Shown here piece after piece: positions 36,909-46,518 of a DNA stretch of 64,000 bases. Numbering within the stretch: the stretch's first letter is position 1; each line of letters begins with the position of its first letter. A model generated the notes under the pieces. That model was not told the origin of the DNA, searched no databases, and saw only the letters and a list, made by a program, of their open reading frames with translations. The stretch spans positions 91,768-155,767 of the forward strand of contig CAMAPH010000002.1 in NCBI GenBank assembly GCA_945859975.1, in the 5' to 3' direction. This stretch comes from Chthonomonas calidirosea (GTDB lineage: Bacteria; Armatimonadota; Fimbriimonadia; Fimbriimonadales; Fimbriimonadaceae). A program made the position numbers and the translations under genes.

Positions 36909-37090
36909 ATTTATTCTTTTCCTGTTTCGAAGATGAATTCATCCCGGTTGTTTAGTTCTACGTCGTCAGGCAAGTTGTCATTAGGACCACCTGAGCTTAG
37001 ATACATGACGTGCGGGACTACTTCATCGCATCGATGTAATAAGGAGAGTACCACTGCTCCCCATAAGTTCCCAGACCCTGTTATAAGGAC

Positions 37091-37177
37091 CTAGTGGGCG
37101 CTACCGGCATCGCTTGATTCTTTTGCCGCTGGCGGCATCGGGATTCGACTTCGATGGACGCCGATCTGAACTGTCAT
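37091..37177 (-). pseudogene. Remnant alternative 3' end of the NDH-2 gene (28-codon ORF MTVQIGVHRSRIPMPPAAKESSDAGSAH)
   Basis: The first codons match the NDH-2 tail TVQIGVHRSRIPMP at 39/41 nt identity. Confidence 0.55.
37134..37174. repeat. 41-bp direct repeat, copy 1 (copy 2 at 38228-38268)
   Basis: GGCATCGGGATTCGACTTCGATGGAC(G/T)CCGATCTGAAC(T/C)GT, 2 mismatches, 1094 bp apart. Confidence 0.95.
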
Positions 37178-37222
37178 CCCTCTCCAATTCCGGGTCGACA
37201 GCGCCGCTGCCTGCCACGAAAG

Positions 37223-38122
37223 TCAGCCCAACCGCTTTTGGATCTCGTCAACTGCGCGGCGCAGGTCCTCCAAGGAAACTCCAACGCTAGCCAGTATTCG
37301 CGCCGCAGCGCCATCTTCCACCAGCATGAGCCCCAACAGAATGTAGTGAGAACTGAGATTTGAGTCTCCGAGCGGTGCTTCAGCGTACGCGAACTGGATT
37401 GCTTGGTACGCATCGGCACTGAGAACGGGAGATTCGGCTCGGGAACCGGGATGCTTCGAGACTTCGGCTTCCAGAATCGTCCGAAGGTGGTCCAAATCGA
37501 TCTGCAACTCGTTTAAAACGGCGATGGCACAGCCGTCTGGCACATCCAAGAGGCCCAGAAGGAAGTGATCGGTTTCGACCAGGGCTTGCCGTCTTTCAAA
37601 GGCGGCTTGGCTGGCATAGTAAACCGCCGTCCGGCCCTCGGTTGAAAATTGCAGCCAACCGCGAAACCGGACGGAGTCGAAGCCGGCTGAATCGATCTCT
37701 GATTTTGCAATTTCCAGCCGCGCCGAGTTGACCACGACACCAAACTTGAACAATATTTGCGCAGCAGTGTTGTTACTGTGCTTGACTATGCCGACCAAGA
37801 TGTCTTCCGATCCAATCTTCGATCGCCCCTGATGTTTACACTCCAACTCTGTGAGGTCAAGCGAGTCTTTCAGACCGTCGTCGAGATTGGAGAACCAACC
37901 GGCTGAGGTCGGTTGCTGGGAAATGACCCGGTGAAGCTCGTGCTGCAGCTGATCAATCGCAATGCCAAGGCTGACGAGAACACTCGTTGCCTCGCAGTTC
38001 GGCTGCTCAAGCATGCCTAGCAAACAATGAGCCGTCCCCACCTTTTTGTGTCCATATCGCTCGGCAACTTTCTTCGCCATGTAAACGGTATTCCGAGCGT
38101 CATCAGAAAGGTTCTGCCACAT
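37223..38122 (-). CDS. Stand-alone Clp N-terminal domain protein (two double Clp-N units, no ATPase)
   Basis: MWQNLSDDAR...GTAHCLLGM and WLQFSTEGR...ETDHFLLGL resemble the ClpC N-domain. Confidence 0.85.
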   Translation of the reverse strand: MWQNLSDDARNTVYMAKKVAERYGHKKVGTAHCLLGMLEQPNCEATSVLVSLGIAIDQLQHELHRVISQQPTSAGWFSNLDDGLKDSLDLTELECKHQGRSKIGSEDILVGIVKHSNNTAAQILFKFGVVVNSARLEIAKSEIDSAGFDSVRFRGWLQFSTEGRTAVYYASQAAFERRQALVETDHFLLGLLDVPDGCAIAVLNELQIDLDHLRTILEAEVSKHPGSRAESPVLSADAYQAIQFAYAEAPLGDSNLSSHYILLGLMLVEDGAAARILASVGVSLEDLRRAVDEIQKRLG

Positions 38123-38166
38123 CGCCTATCCTCACGCAAAGCCAAGCATTACGCGATACCTAAATT

Positions 38167-39504
38167 CTATTCCTTTTCCCTCAAAGGAGCAACTAAAGAT
38201 TCTTCAACCTCATTTCCGATCGAGCCTGGCATCGGGATTCGACTTCGATGGACTCCGATCTGAACCGTCGGCACTCGCAAAAACAGGTCCAAGAACCAAT
38301 CCATTGACAGCCTTAGCTTCAGCGCAAAGGTGGGCATCTTGCTGAGGTACGCCCCCCGGAACAGGAACCAACCGATCAGACCGTTGACATTGAAGCCAAA
38401 CAGGTCCGCAGCTGCTTTGTATCCCCCCACGACCGCGAAAGCTCCCAAGGATCGGTATTCAAAGTTCTCGAGTGGCTTTCCGCCGACACTGCTGAGGATG
38501 TTTTTCGCCACCTGCGGACCTTGGCGAACCGCGTTCTGTGCGGTTGCGGCAAAAGGTTTCCCGTTTGGCATCGGCACCGAAGCCGCGTCACCAACCGCCC
38601 ACACGTTGTCGTAGCCCTCAACGCGAAGGTCAGCCTGGGTTTTGATGTACCCGCGATCCGTCAAGGGCAAGCCTTCGATCTGGCGAAGGAGCGGAGATGG
38701 CTGAATCCCAGCCGTCCAAAACGTGCTTTCGGCAGGAACCCACTCGCCCGCTTCCGTGCGCACACGGTCGGGCAAAACCTCAACGACGCTGGCGCCAAGG
38801 TGCACAACGACCCCTCTTCGGCGCAACGTTGCGAGCGCCCAAGCCGAAGCCCGCTCGCTCATCGCGCCCAGGAGTCGACTTCCATGCTCGAAAACCATAA
38901 CGGAAATGTCGGACTTCTTTAGGTTCGGATAGCCATCCACAAGCTCAAGCAAGAAGTGTTGGAGCTCACCTGCAAGCTCGGTCCCCGTAAAGTTTCCGCC
39001 CACGATCACGAACGTCAGCAGTTGCTTACGCTTCTCCGGATCTCGACACTCATTGGCCTGCTCAAGCAAAGCGATCGCGCGGTCCCGAATTCCGATTGCG
39101 TCTGCGACCGACTTTAATTCGTAGGCATTCTCCGCCAGACCAGGAATGTTTGGAAACCGCGTGACGGAGCCCATTCCGATGACCAAATGATCGAACGGAA
39201 TTTCGGTTGGATTGGATACTCCGGCTGGTTGGAACCGAACAGTTTTGCGCGACAGGTCCACGCTCAGGATTTCGCCCATGCGAAAACCGTCTCGGGCGTA
39301 CGAACGGAGCGGAACAACGACATGGCGTGGCTCAATGCCACCAACCGCCGCTTCGACGAGCAAGGGATAGAAAGTGAGGTAGTTGTGCCGATCCAGCAGC
39401 ACCACGTCGACTTCCCCACGTCCATGCTTCACTAATCGCTTTGCGGCTTCGGCTCCGCCAAACCCACCACCAAGAATTACAACTCTCGTTTTCGTGCTGG
39501 ACAT
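38167..39504 (-). CDS. NAD(P)/FAD-dependent oxidoreductase, type II NADH dehydrogenase family
   Basis: VVILGGGFGG, VIVGGNFTGTELAGEL, WTAG, WAVGD, TAQNAVRQG. Confidence 0.92.
   Translation of the reverse strand: MSSTKTRVVILGGGFGGAEAAKRLVKHGRGEVDVVLLDRHNYLTFYPLLVEAAVGGIEPRHVVVPLRSYARDGFRMGEILSVDLSRKTVRFQPAGVSNPTEIPFDHLVIGMGSVTRFPNIPGLAENAYELKSVADAIGIRDRAIALLEQANECRDPEKRKQLLTFVIVGGNFTGTELAGELQHFLLELVDGYPNLKKSDISVMVFEHGSRLLGAMSERASAWALATLRRRGVVVHLGASVVEVLPDRVRTEAGEWVPAESTFWTAGIQPSPLLRQIEGLPLTDRGYIKTQADLRVEGYDNVWAVGDAASVPMPNGKPFAATAQNAVRQGPQVAKNILSSVGGKPLENFEYRSLGAFAVVGGYKAAADLFGFNVNGLIGWFLFRGAYLSKMPTFALKLRLSMDWFLDLFLRVPTVQIGVHRSRIPMPGSIGNEVEESLVAPLREKE
38228..38268. repeat. 41-bp direct repeat, copy 2 (inside the NDH-2 3' end)
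   Basis: Matches 37134-37174. Confidence 0.95.
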
Positions 39505-39566
39505 CCACTCTCATGATGTCGCCAAGCCGAAGGAGCGCCTGGGCTAAGCCTCATTCCGGATCGCCG

Positions 39567-41264
39567 CTAGCGACCTAACTGCTGGGGAATCACAACGTCG
39601 TACATCCGGCTCATAAAATCGTTGATGAACTCGCCGCCTTTCCCGCCGTCGTAAGGGCTCGCGTTGGTCATCGCGACGACCGCAACTCCGCGCACCGGGC
39701 GAATAAACATGTCGGCCGAGTTTAAGGTGTTCGATCCGCCGTGGCTCAGGTCGTATTCGCCGGTAGGATACGGTCCGCCAACTGCCCAGCCCATGCCATA
39801 GCCGTTGTGTGGAGTGTGCAGAGTTTTGAAGGTCGGTCCGGTTAGCAACGTCGGATAACCCATCTCGGCCCGCAGGTGCAATCGGGCGAATCTAGCAAAG
39901 TCGGTCACCGTCATTTGTAGGCCCCCTGCCGGGTTCCCCCAACCCTGGTTATCGGCCCATGCCGGCTCATACGCTTGGTTGACAAAGCGGTGACCATAGG
40001 GCCCGAGCAAGGTGCCTGGTAGGCCCATCGGGCCGTACCCGACCCAGTTGGCCCCGATGGGCTGGAACAAACGCTTTTTAATCGACTGCTCCCAAGGCTC
40101 GGCGGACAGGCGATCCAAGATTGCTCCGGCAATCACGAAATTCATGTTCTGATACTGGAACTGAGTGCCCTGCGCGAAGGTTGGGGCTTTGCCTACTGCC
40201 TTTCTCACCGCTTCAGTCCGAAGGGCCATGAGGGAGGTGCCGGCGTAATCTGGATAACTGGTGTCCCCAGGGATTCCGGAACTGGCATGGAGCAGATTGA
40301 ACAAGGTGATCTGCTTGGTGGAAGGGTGCATGGCGCTTTCCAGATCGGGGAGCAAGACGGCGAGCGTGTCGGAGAATCTGATCCGACCGGCGTCAACGTA
40401 CTTGCCAAGCAACGTCGCCGTCATCGACTTTGTGTTTGAGCCGAGGTGAAAAAGGTCGTTTAGGGTGACTAGGGTTGGGCTGCCGACTCGGCGGACTCCG
40501 GTCGCGGCCGAGCAAACAATCTTGTCGTCAACGACCACCGCGCAAGTCGCTCCAGGCAGATTGAACTTCGCGCGTGACTTCTCAAGTTCGGCCTTCACAA
40601 TCGTGGCGAAGTTTGAGAATCCCGGCTCGCTCTCCAAAGTGAGTCCATTCGGGACATAACTTGGAAGCTTGGAAGGAAGTAAAGCCATTGGCAGCTCCTG
40701 GCGGTCCAAGGGGCCACGTTTGATAAATGCGGTGAACGAAGTTAGCGAGCCTTTCGAATCGTACGCAAATGCCGCAGGCTCCTGGAAAGCCGCGAGGGTG
40801 GACGGTAGATCAACGTTTTGTTCGGCTCCGCCATCGACTTTGATCTTCAATCGACTGCGAGTTGATGACAGTTGGACAAGCGAAACATCGATCAGAGACT
40901 CTTTCCCGTAGGCCAGCGTTGGAGCAGAAATGTTCTTCCAAACCGTGCCTTGCCAAGGCATTTCGTAGATCACGACATTCTTGGCTCCAGGTTGTATGCC
41001 GATCACGTACCGAGGGCCGTTTGCCGCCACGGAGGATGGAATGAAGCCGAAAGTTTGGCCCTCTTCAACTCGAACCTTTGCTTGGAGCCGCGAAAACTTG
41101 ATGCCTGGGGCCTCGCTTGGCAGTGCCCACGCGCTATCCCGGGCTACTTTCGCAGCCGCAACCGGGTAGCGATTGGCCACCGACCAAACGCCATCCACAA
41201 GACTGCTTTGCGCGGCGAGAAGCAACCAGGCCCCAACATACATCACATTGAATTTTAGCTCCAA
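39567..41264 (-). CDS. Secreted serine hydrolase (beta-lactamase/class C-like) with an extra N-terminal domain (start may be GTG 41246 or ATG 41243)
   Basis: FHLGSNTKS (SxxK), YQN (YxN), HGGS. Confidence 0.85.
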   Translation of the reverse strand: MELKFNVMYVGAWLLLAAQSSLVDGVWSVANRYPVAAAKVARDSAWALPSEAPGIKFSRLQAKVRVEEGQTFGFIPSSVAANGPRYVIGIQPGAKNVVIYEMPWQGTVWKNISAPTLAYGKESLIDVSLVQLSSTRSRLKIKVDGGAEQNVDLPSTLAAFQEPAAFAYDSKGSLTSFTAFIKRGPLDRQELPMALLPSKLPSYVPNGLTLESEPGFSNFATIVKAELEKSRAKFNLPGATCAVVVDDKIVCSAATGVRRVGSPTLVTLNDLFHLGSNTKSMTATLLGKYVDAGRIRFSDTLAVLLPDLESAMHPSTKQITLFNLLHASSGIPGDTSYPDYAGTSLMALRTEAVRKAVGKAPTFAQGTQFQYQNMNFVIAGAILDRLSAEPWEQSIKKRLFQPIGANWVGYGPMGLPGTLLGPYGHRFVNQAYEPAWADNQGWGNPAGGLQMTVTDFARFARLHLRAEMGYPTLLTGPTFKTLHTPHNGYGMGWAVGGPYPTGEYDLSHGGSNTLNSADMFIRPVRGVAVVAMTNASPYDGGKGGEFINDFMSRMYDVVIPQQLGR

Positions 41265-41304
41265 TCCACTCGTCAGTCAAACCCGGCCAAGAAGCGACTG
41301 CGCG

Positions 41305-42237
41305 CTAGCCGAGCCTCAGGCTCATCGAAGCATAGGACCGCGAGACCTCGAAACCGAACTTGCCATAGAAATCGGTGAGCGTGGTCCAGTCGATGATGGT
41401 GCGCTGGCACCCTCGGTCCCGCAAAATTTGAAGCGCCGACCCGAGCAGATACCCTCCGCGGCCCGAACCCCGAACGGCCATCGAAACGCCAATCGGTCCG
41501 AGCGAACCCCAGTTCGGACCGAGGTCGGCATGCCAAACGGCGCCACCGATCGGATACCGATTACTTGAGTCCTGAATTAAGGCAAATCCCTCAATTCTTT
41601 GACCACAGCGGAGCACGGCCACGCACTCCGGCCCTTCTTGGCGGACTTTCGTCAGGGTGTCGTAATGCCAGCGACCCGGAAATTCCCTTTGTAGGAACCC
41701 TTCCAGCTCCGCGATCTCAGGCTTGGACAAAACTTCGACTCGATCACCTTCGTGGGAAGGACCAGAGTACGTAAAGTCATAAAGGTCGCGCTCCATGTCG
41801 ACCTGAAGTCCATGCTCCATAAATCCTTCGATTTCCAAGAACTCCTTGAGCTTTGGAAAATCCTGCGGACATCCGGGAAAGAAGTGATTGTTGTCTTGCC
41901 CAAACACCAACCGGGTGGCGCCGCGATCCGTGAGCAACTGCCGCACATCGCTGAGCAAATCCCCGCAGACTCCCGGCTCGGAGTACGCAACGGCACTTAG
42001 GTGGTACTGATCGATGTCGCTGACTCGGTACAGAGATGCCGACGGTCGCTTTACGAAGGCAAACCCGATCACACGCTCGTCCCGGACATAGATCGACGAC
42101 GCCCCCCAGTCAAACACCGGGCAATCGACCGACTTCTGCTTCAGAAGTTCGGGCGAAACGCGATATCGCGCGGGATAGAACTGGTTCCAGAGTTCGGCCA
42201 GTTCGGTAAACGGTGCTGAAGCGAGCGGGATTCTCAT
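41305..42237 (-). CDS. Tandem GNAT family N-acetyltransferase
   Basis: C-terminal LGPIGV...RGSGRGG...IIDWTTL.DFYGKFGF. Confidence 0.85.
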   Translation of the reverse strand: MRIPLASAPFTELAELWNQFYPARYRVSPELLKQKSVDCPVFDWGASSIYVRDERVIGFAFVKRPSASLYRVSDIDQYHLSAVAYSEPGVCGDLLSDVRQLLTDRGATRLVFGQDNNHFFPGCPQDFPKLKEFLEIEGFMEHGLQVDMERDLYDFTYSGPSHEGDRVEVLSKPEIAELEGFLQREFPGRWHYDTLTKVRQEGPECVAVLRCGQRIEGFALIQDSSNRYPIGGAVWHADLGPNWGSLGPIGVSMAVRGSGRGGYLLGSALQILRDRGCQRTIIDWTTLTDFYGKFGFEVSRSYASMSLRLG

Positions 42238-42629
42238 CCGACCGCGCGCGCAAGCTCCCGCAAATGCTGGCCGTACAGCGTGATCGCTTGCTCAGTGCGA
42301 TAAAGCACATTCATCAACTCAGCGGTATCCCGCAGTCTTGTATCTCGCAAAGCGCCAAAATTCCCCAAAGCCTCAAAGTCCTCGATGCCGGTTACTGCGG
42401 TGTACGACCGCAGGTATTCGGCAACTGGTTCGTATTCTCCGCGATACTTCGAGCGCACGGCCCGAAATTCCGCTTCGATGACTCCAACCGGTCCGTACCG
42501 AAGGATATCTTCGATCGCCTGGCGGTATGCCTCGTAAGCGCGGCGGAAACTCGCCAGCTCATCGGTTCGTTGCTTCACCCGGTTTCGGCAAACGATGGGC
42601 CGGGTGGAAGGTCGGGACGAGTCTTTCAT
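42234..42629 (-). CDS. Hypothetical protein
   Basis: Overlapping start/stop (ATGA) coupling to both neighbours. Confidence 0.65.
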   Translation of the reverse strand: MKDSSRPSTRPIVCRNRVKQRTDELASFRRAYEAYRQAIEDILRYGPVGVIEAEFRAVRSKYRGEYEPVAEYLRSYTAVTGIEDFEALGNFGALRDTRLRDTAELMNVLYRTEQAITLYGQHLRELARAVG

Positions 42630-42910
42630 GACTGAGCCCCGACGCGCTGGACGTAGTTCACCTTCAGGTCTCGGATAGAGTTTTGCACCGTTCGCCGGTC
42701 GGCATCGTCGAGCTGCGGGATCGCGGCATCGGCGAGTTGCGAAGCAACGTCAATCATAACCTTCGCCTGCGCAAGATCCGGTTCTATCCGACCGGTCATA
42801 AAGTCGGGTTGCAACCCAAGCTTTTGCCACGACAGTTCAATCGACTGCTGCAGCATCATGCCAATCACATCGTAGACATCAATAGGACCCTTTTCCGGTG
42901 AATCTTCCAA
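42626..42910 (-). CDS. DUF1844 domain protein
   Basis: WQKLGL.PD..TG.IE.DL.QAK..ID...L...LKVNYV. Confidence 0.85.
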   Translation of the reverse strand: MEDSPEKGPIDVYDVIGMMLQQSIELSWQKLGLQPDFMTGRIEPDLAQAKVMIDVASQLADAAIPQLDDADRRTVQNSIRDLKVNYVQRVGAQS

Positions 42911-43079
42911 AATCGCCCCCTTTACCTAGCCCTCGCTTGGCGCTTCCACGCCGTTCTTGGGCCGCAAATTGAGTGACGTTTCAAATGTCCCTCTAGCCGC
43001 CAAAACTTGAATCCCTTTCTGTCCGCGACAAGAGGGGACAGGAACCCGGTCGGTAGACTACGTATTGGTCTTTATAAGA

Positions 43080-44009
43080 ATGGAAAATGTGATTATCATT
43101 GGCTCTGGCCCTGCGGGATACACCGCCGCTCTTTACGCCGCGCGGGCCGATCTGAAACCTCTTCTCTTCGCGGGTTGGCAGCCTGGCGGTCAGCTCATGA
43201 TCACCACGGACGTCGAGAACTATCCTGGCTTTCCCAAGGGCATCATGGGACCAGAAATCATGGAGCTGTTCCGAGAACAGGCCGCTCGCTTTGGTACCGA
43301 CATTCGGGATATCAACGTTGACAAAGTTGACCTGACCGGCCCGACCTTTAAAGTCTGGGTCGGCGAGGAACTTCACGAAGCACGGTCAATCATCATCTGC
43401 ACCGGTGCAAGCGCGAAGTGGCTCGGGCTGGAAGGTGAAGTCACGTTCGGCGGATACGGTGTGAGTGCTTGTGCGACCTGCGACGGGTTCTTCTTCCGAA
43501 ACAAGAAGGTCGCCATCGTCGGCGGTGGCGATACCGCTATGGAAGAGGCCCTCTTTTTAACGCGCCACGCTTCGGAAGTCCATGTTCTGCACCGACGTGA
43601 CAGCTTCCGCGCCAGCAAGATCATGCAAGAACGCGTGCTAGAGCACCCAAAGATCAAGATTCACTGGAACACGGCCGTGACCGAAATCCACGGCGAGATG
43701 GAACCGCACAAAAAGCTGAAATCGATCACTTTGCAAGATACGGTCACCAGTGACATTCGTCAGATGGAAGTTGACGGCTTGTTCATCGCGATCGGACACC
43801 AGCCGAACAGTTCGCTGTTCACCGGGGTTCTCGATATGGACGAGGCTGGCTACTTGATCACCATGCCTGATAGCACCCGCACCAAGATCCCCGGCGTGTT
43901 TGCCGCTGGCGACGTTCAAGACAGCGTTTATCGCCAAGCCATCACCGCTGCCGGTTCGGGCTGCATGGCTGCAATCGAAGCTGAGCGCTTCTTGGCAGGG
44001 CTGCACTAG
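43080..44009 (+). CDS. trxB: Thioredoxin-disulfide reductase
   Basis: IIGSGPAGYTAA, CATCDG, VGGGDTA, VFAAGDV. Confidence 0.97.
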   Translation: MENVIIIGSGPAGYTAALYAARADLKPLLFAGWQPGGQLMITTDVENYPGFPKGIMGPEIMELFREQAARFGTDIRDINVDKVDLTGPTFKVWVGEELHEARSIIICTGASAKWLGLEGEVTFGGYGVSACATCDGFFFRNKKVAIVGGGDTAMEEALFLTRHASEVHVLHRRDSFRASKIMQERVLEHPKIKIHWNTAVTEIHGEMEPHKKLKSITLQDTVTSDIRQMEVDGLFIAIGHQPNSSLFTGVLDMDEAGYLITMPDSTRTKIPGVFAAGDVQDSVYRQAITAAGSGCMAAIEAERFLAGLH

Positions 44010-44011
44010 TC

Positions 44012-45133
44012 ATGACGGGCGTTCTGTGTTATCTCGCGTTGGCTCAAGCGGTGAATCAGAAACCGCAAGACCCCAAAACGACCTACACGGAATACCGCCT
44101 GCTTCAGCCGGGGACGAACGATTCCCGGCTGAGCGTTTTCGCTTTTGACAAGCGAATGGACCCGCCAAAGCGATCGCCGAAGAAGTTTGGCGATCCACCC
44201 TTGCAGTGGGAGTTCGACTGGATCACCGGTGGCTACGGCGTTCACCCTTCGGTGAACAACAATCTCACCCTGCGGTTCTCCATCTTTAGTCAGCAGCGAG
44301 CTTCGAAAAACGATTCCGCACTCGATGTTGGCAAGATGCTCATGCGACTTTGGGATTTCAGTTTCCAGAGCCTCAAAATGGACCACTCGGGTGCCCTAAA
44401 CAACGGGATCGTTGACGTCTACCTCTGCTGGGGCGGCAAGGCAGGCGGCGAGCAGCTCTTCGACGAGGACTATCGCGGCGGTCGCAACATCAAGGTCAAC
44501 ACGATCTACATCTATGACCTCGCGAGCTTCACCGATCCAGTTGAAAAAGCACGCGAGATCGCCCACGAATACGGCCATGCGATGCTTCCGCCAGTGGGAG
44601 TTTTTACCGCGCCGGAAGATTGGTCTAACGGCTACTTGGGCGAGAAGCTTTACCTTCGCCATATTCGAGACGAAATGGCGGCCGGACGATATGGCGCGCC
44701 GGACGTGATGGGAGCCGACCTTCCCGGACTCGATAAATGGGTGAAGGCAAACGTTAACCCGATCGTTTCCAGCGCCGCTACAAACGGCCCAGCGAACAAG
44801 ATCAGCGCCGGCGGCAAGCTGGCCATGGACATGTACCTCGGCCTAGCCTTGTACGTTGACCAGATCTACGGCCACAACGTGCTCTCGCGCGCCTATCGCT
44901 TTACCGACATGACCAAGCCAGAAACCTTCTTGGACGCCGTGATGACCGCCGTCGAAGAATTACCGAACGCCACCCTGAATTTTCCAAAGGAATGGGCCGG
45001 ACGGACGGTGTGGGTTCCCGTGAGCACTTCCAACCTCACCGGGTCGGCGATTCTGGCCAAGAAGACAGGTTGGGTTCAGGTTCGAATCACCGAGAAGCCG
45101 ATCGTGATCCGCTCGGTTCGTGCTGATCAGTAG
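44012..45133 (+). CDS. Secreted hypothetical protein with a HExxH motif
   Basis: Short signal peptide, EIAHEYGHA, downstream GEKL. Confidence 0.7.
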   Translation: MTGVLCYLALAQAVNQKPQDPKTTYTEYRLLQPGTNDSRLSVFAFDKRMDPPKRSPKKFGDPPLQWEFDWITGGYGVHPSVNNNLTLRFSIFSQQRASKNDSALDVGKMLMRLWDFSFQSLKMDHSGALNNGIVDVYLCWGGKAGGEQLFDEDYRGGRNIKVNTIYIYDLASFTDPVEKAREIAHEYGHAMLPPVGVFTAPEDWSNGYLGEKLYLRHIRDEMAAGRYGAPDVMGADLPGLDKWVKANVNPIVSSAATNGPANKISAGGKLAMDMYLGLALYVDQIYGHNVLSRAYRFTDMTKPETFLDAVMTAVEELPNATLNFPKEWAGRTVWVPVSTSNLTGSAILAKKTGWVQVRITEKPIVIRSVRADQ

Positions 45134-45156
45134 TTCTGCACGGTACAACCAAGCGC

Positions 45157-46518
45157 ATGAAAGCCGCACCGCGAATTCTTGTTTTCGCGGTTCTTGCTCT
45201 TTTGAGTTGGAGCATTCTGGCGTCTCACGCCTCAAGCCCATCATTGTTGCAAGACAGCGACACGAAGGTTCTGCTCCTCAAAATTCGCGAAGTTAACGAC
45301 CCAATGCGTTGGTTCTTTGGCGATTGGCCGCTGGAAAACCATTTCTACCGCCCGATTTCAACGCTGTTCTTCGAACTTGACAACGCAATTGGCGGTTCAA
45401 ATGCGGCGGTCTACGGGTGGACAAACGCGATTCTTGTGACCGCGAGCATGCTGCTTCTGGTGTGGCTGGCGTTTGAGCTCTTCGCGAGCTTGCCCATCGC
45501 CATTGCTTCGGGAGTGGTCTTCACGCTCTACATCCATGACCGAACCGGCCTTGTCGGAGTCATTCCGGCGTACTTGGCCATGTTGGTTTTGGTCGTTGGG
45601 CTATTCCGGCATGGATTTGCCTTCCGGCAATACATTCCCGCCACGCTAGCCTTGTGGGGACTACAAACCATCGCGTTCGGAGCGAGCCCGCTGTGGAACC
45701 GCATGATTGGCTGGATTCCCGGACGAACGGCTAGCGTCATGACCGTATTTGCCTTGATCGCAATGGCGGCATACGCACGGTACGAACGGCTATCTGCGGA
45801 GCGATTGCCCCCGCCAGAACCCGGTCCGCTGGACCCGCCAGCCACCCGTGGGACCAAGAAGTTTACGGCTAAGAACGGCCTTGGATGGGCGTTGCTCAGC
45901 ATCGTTGCCGCCGCGCTGGCGTTTGGCAGTTATGAGCAAGCCGTGATGCTTCCGGCGGTCCTCCTTGGGACGGCCATTCTTCTGCGTTGGCAACGGCTCA
46001 AGGTTCGTTGGGGCTGGCAAGGCGCTTATTGGGCGCTCCTTGTCGGATACCTGGTGCTTCGACGGCTGATTCTCCCGACCGAGAACTCGGGTTACCAGGA
46101 CCAGCAACTGCGGTTCGGACAAGGAGTTTTGATCTCGTTGCTGGAATATGCCGCTCCATTCGCGGCCGGGTACAGCACGTTCTGGATCATTGTTACGGGC
46201 GACCCTTTGATCTGGGTCACGGGTAGCCCTTGGGCATACATCATTCGTTGGGCCTCTGAGGTCAACACCTTCGCCGCTGCCCGCAATCAGTGGATCATCT
46301 GTGCGGGCGGATATCTCATGAGCCTACTTGCGTACTTGCCGATGGCTTGGCTCCAGCAGTTCGACCACTATCACTTCTGGCCGCTTGCGCTTCGCTCAAT
46401 GATGGTTGTCGGGCTCTATGCGGCGATGGTGCCGCTGGTGATTACCGCAGTATCCCGCCCAACTCAACAATCGCCGCAACGATTGCGTCCCGCGCCTGGT
46501 TCCCTTCCTCGTCCGTAA
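45157..46518 (+). CDS. Polytopic membrane protein (GT-C-like glycosyltransferase possible)
   Basis: About 10 hydrophobic segments, FYRPIS, GRTAS, YEQAV. The 3' end overlaps pheT by 77 bp. Confidence 0.7.
   Translation: MKAAPRILVFAVLALLSWSILASHASSPSLLQDSDTKVLLLKIREVNDPMRWFFGDWPLENHFYRPISTLFFELDNAIGGSNAAVYGWTNAILVTASMLLLVWLAFELFASLPIAIASGVVFTLYIHDRTGLVGVIPAYLAMLVLVVGLFRHGFAFRQYIPATLALWGLQTIAFGASPLWNRMIGWIPGRTASVMTVFALIAMAAYARYERLSAERLPPPEPGPLDPPATRGTKKFTAKNGLGWALLSIVAAALAFGSYEQAVMLPAVLLGTAILLRWQRLKVRWGWQGAYWALLVGYLVLRRLILPTENSGYQDQQLRFGQGVLISLLEYAAPFAAGYSTFWIIVTGDPLIWVTGSPWAYIIRWASEVNTFAAARNQWIICAGGYLMSLLAYLPMAWLQQFDHYHFWPLALRSMMVVGLYAAMVPLVITAVSRPTQQSPQRLRPAPGSLPRP

Noticed and set aside
36909-37090. 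CtsR or CIRCE operator upstream of clpC
   Set aside because: Neither the GGTCAAA direct repeat nor TTAGCACTC-N9-GAGTGCTAA is present.
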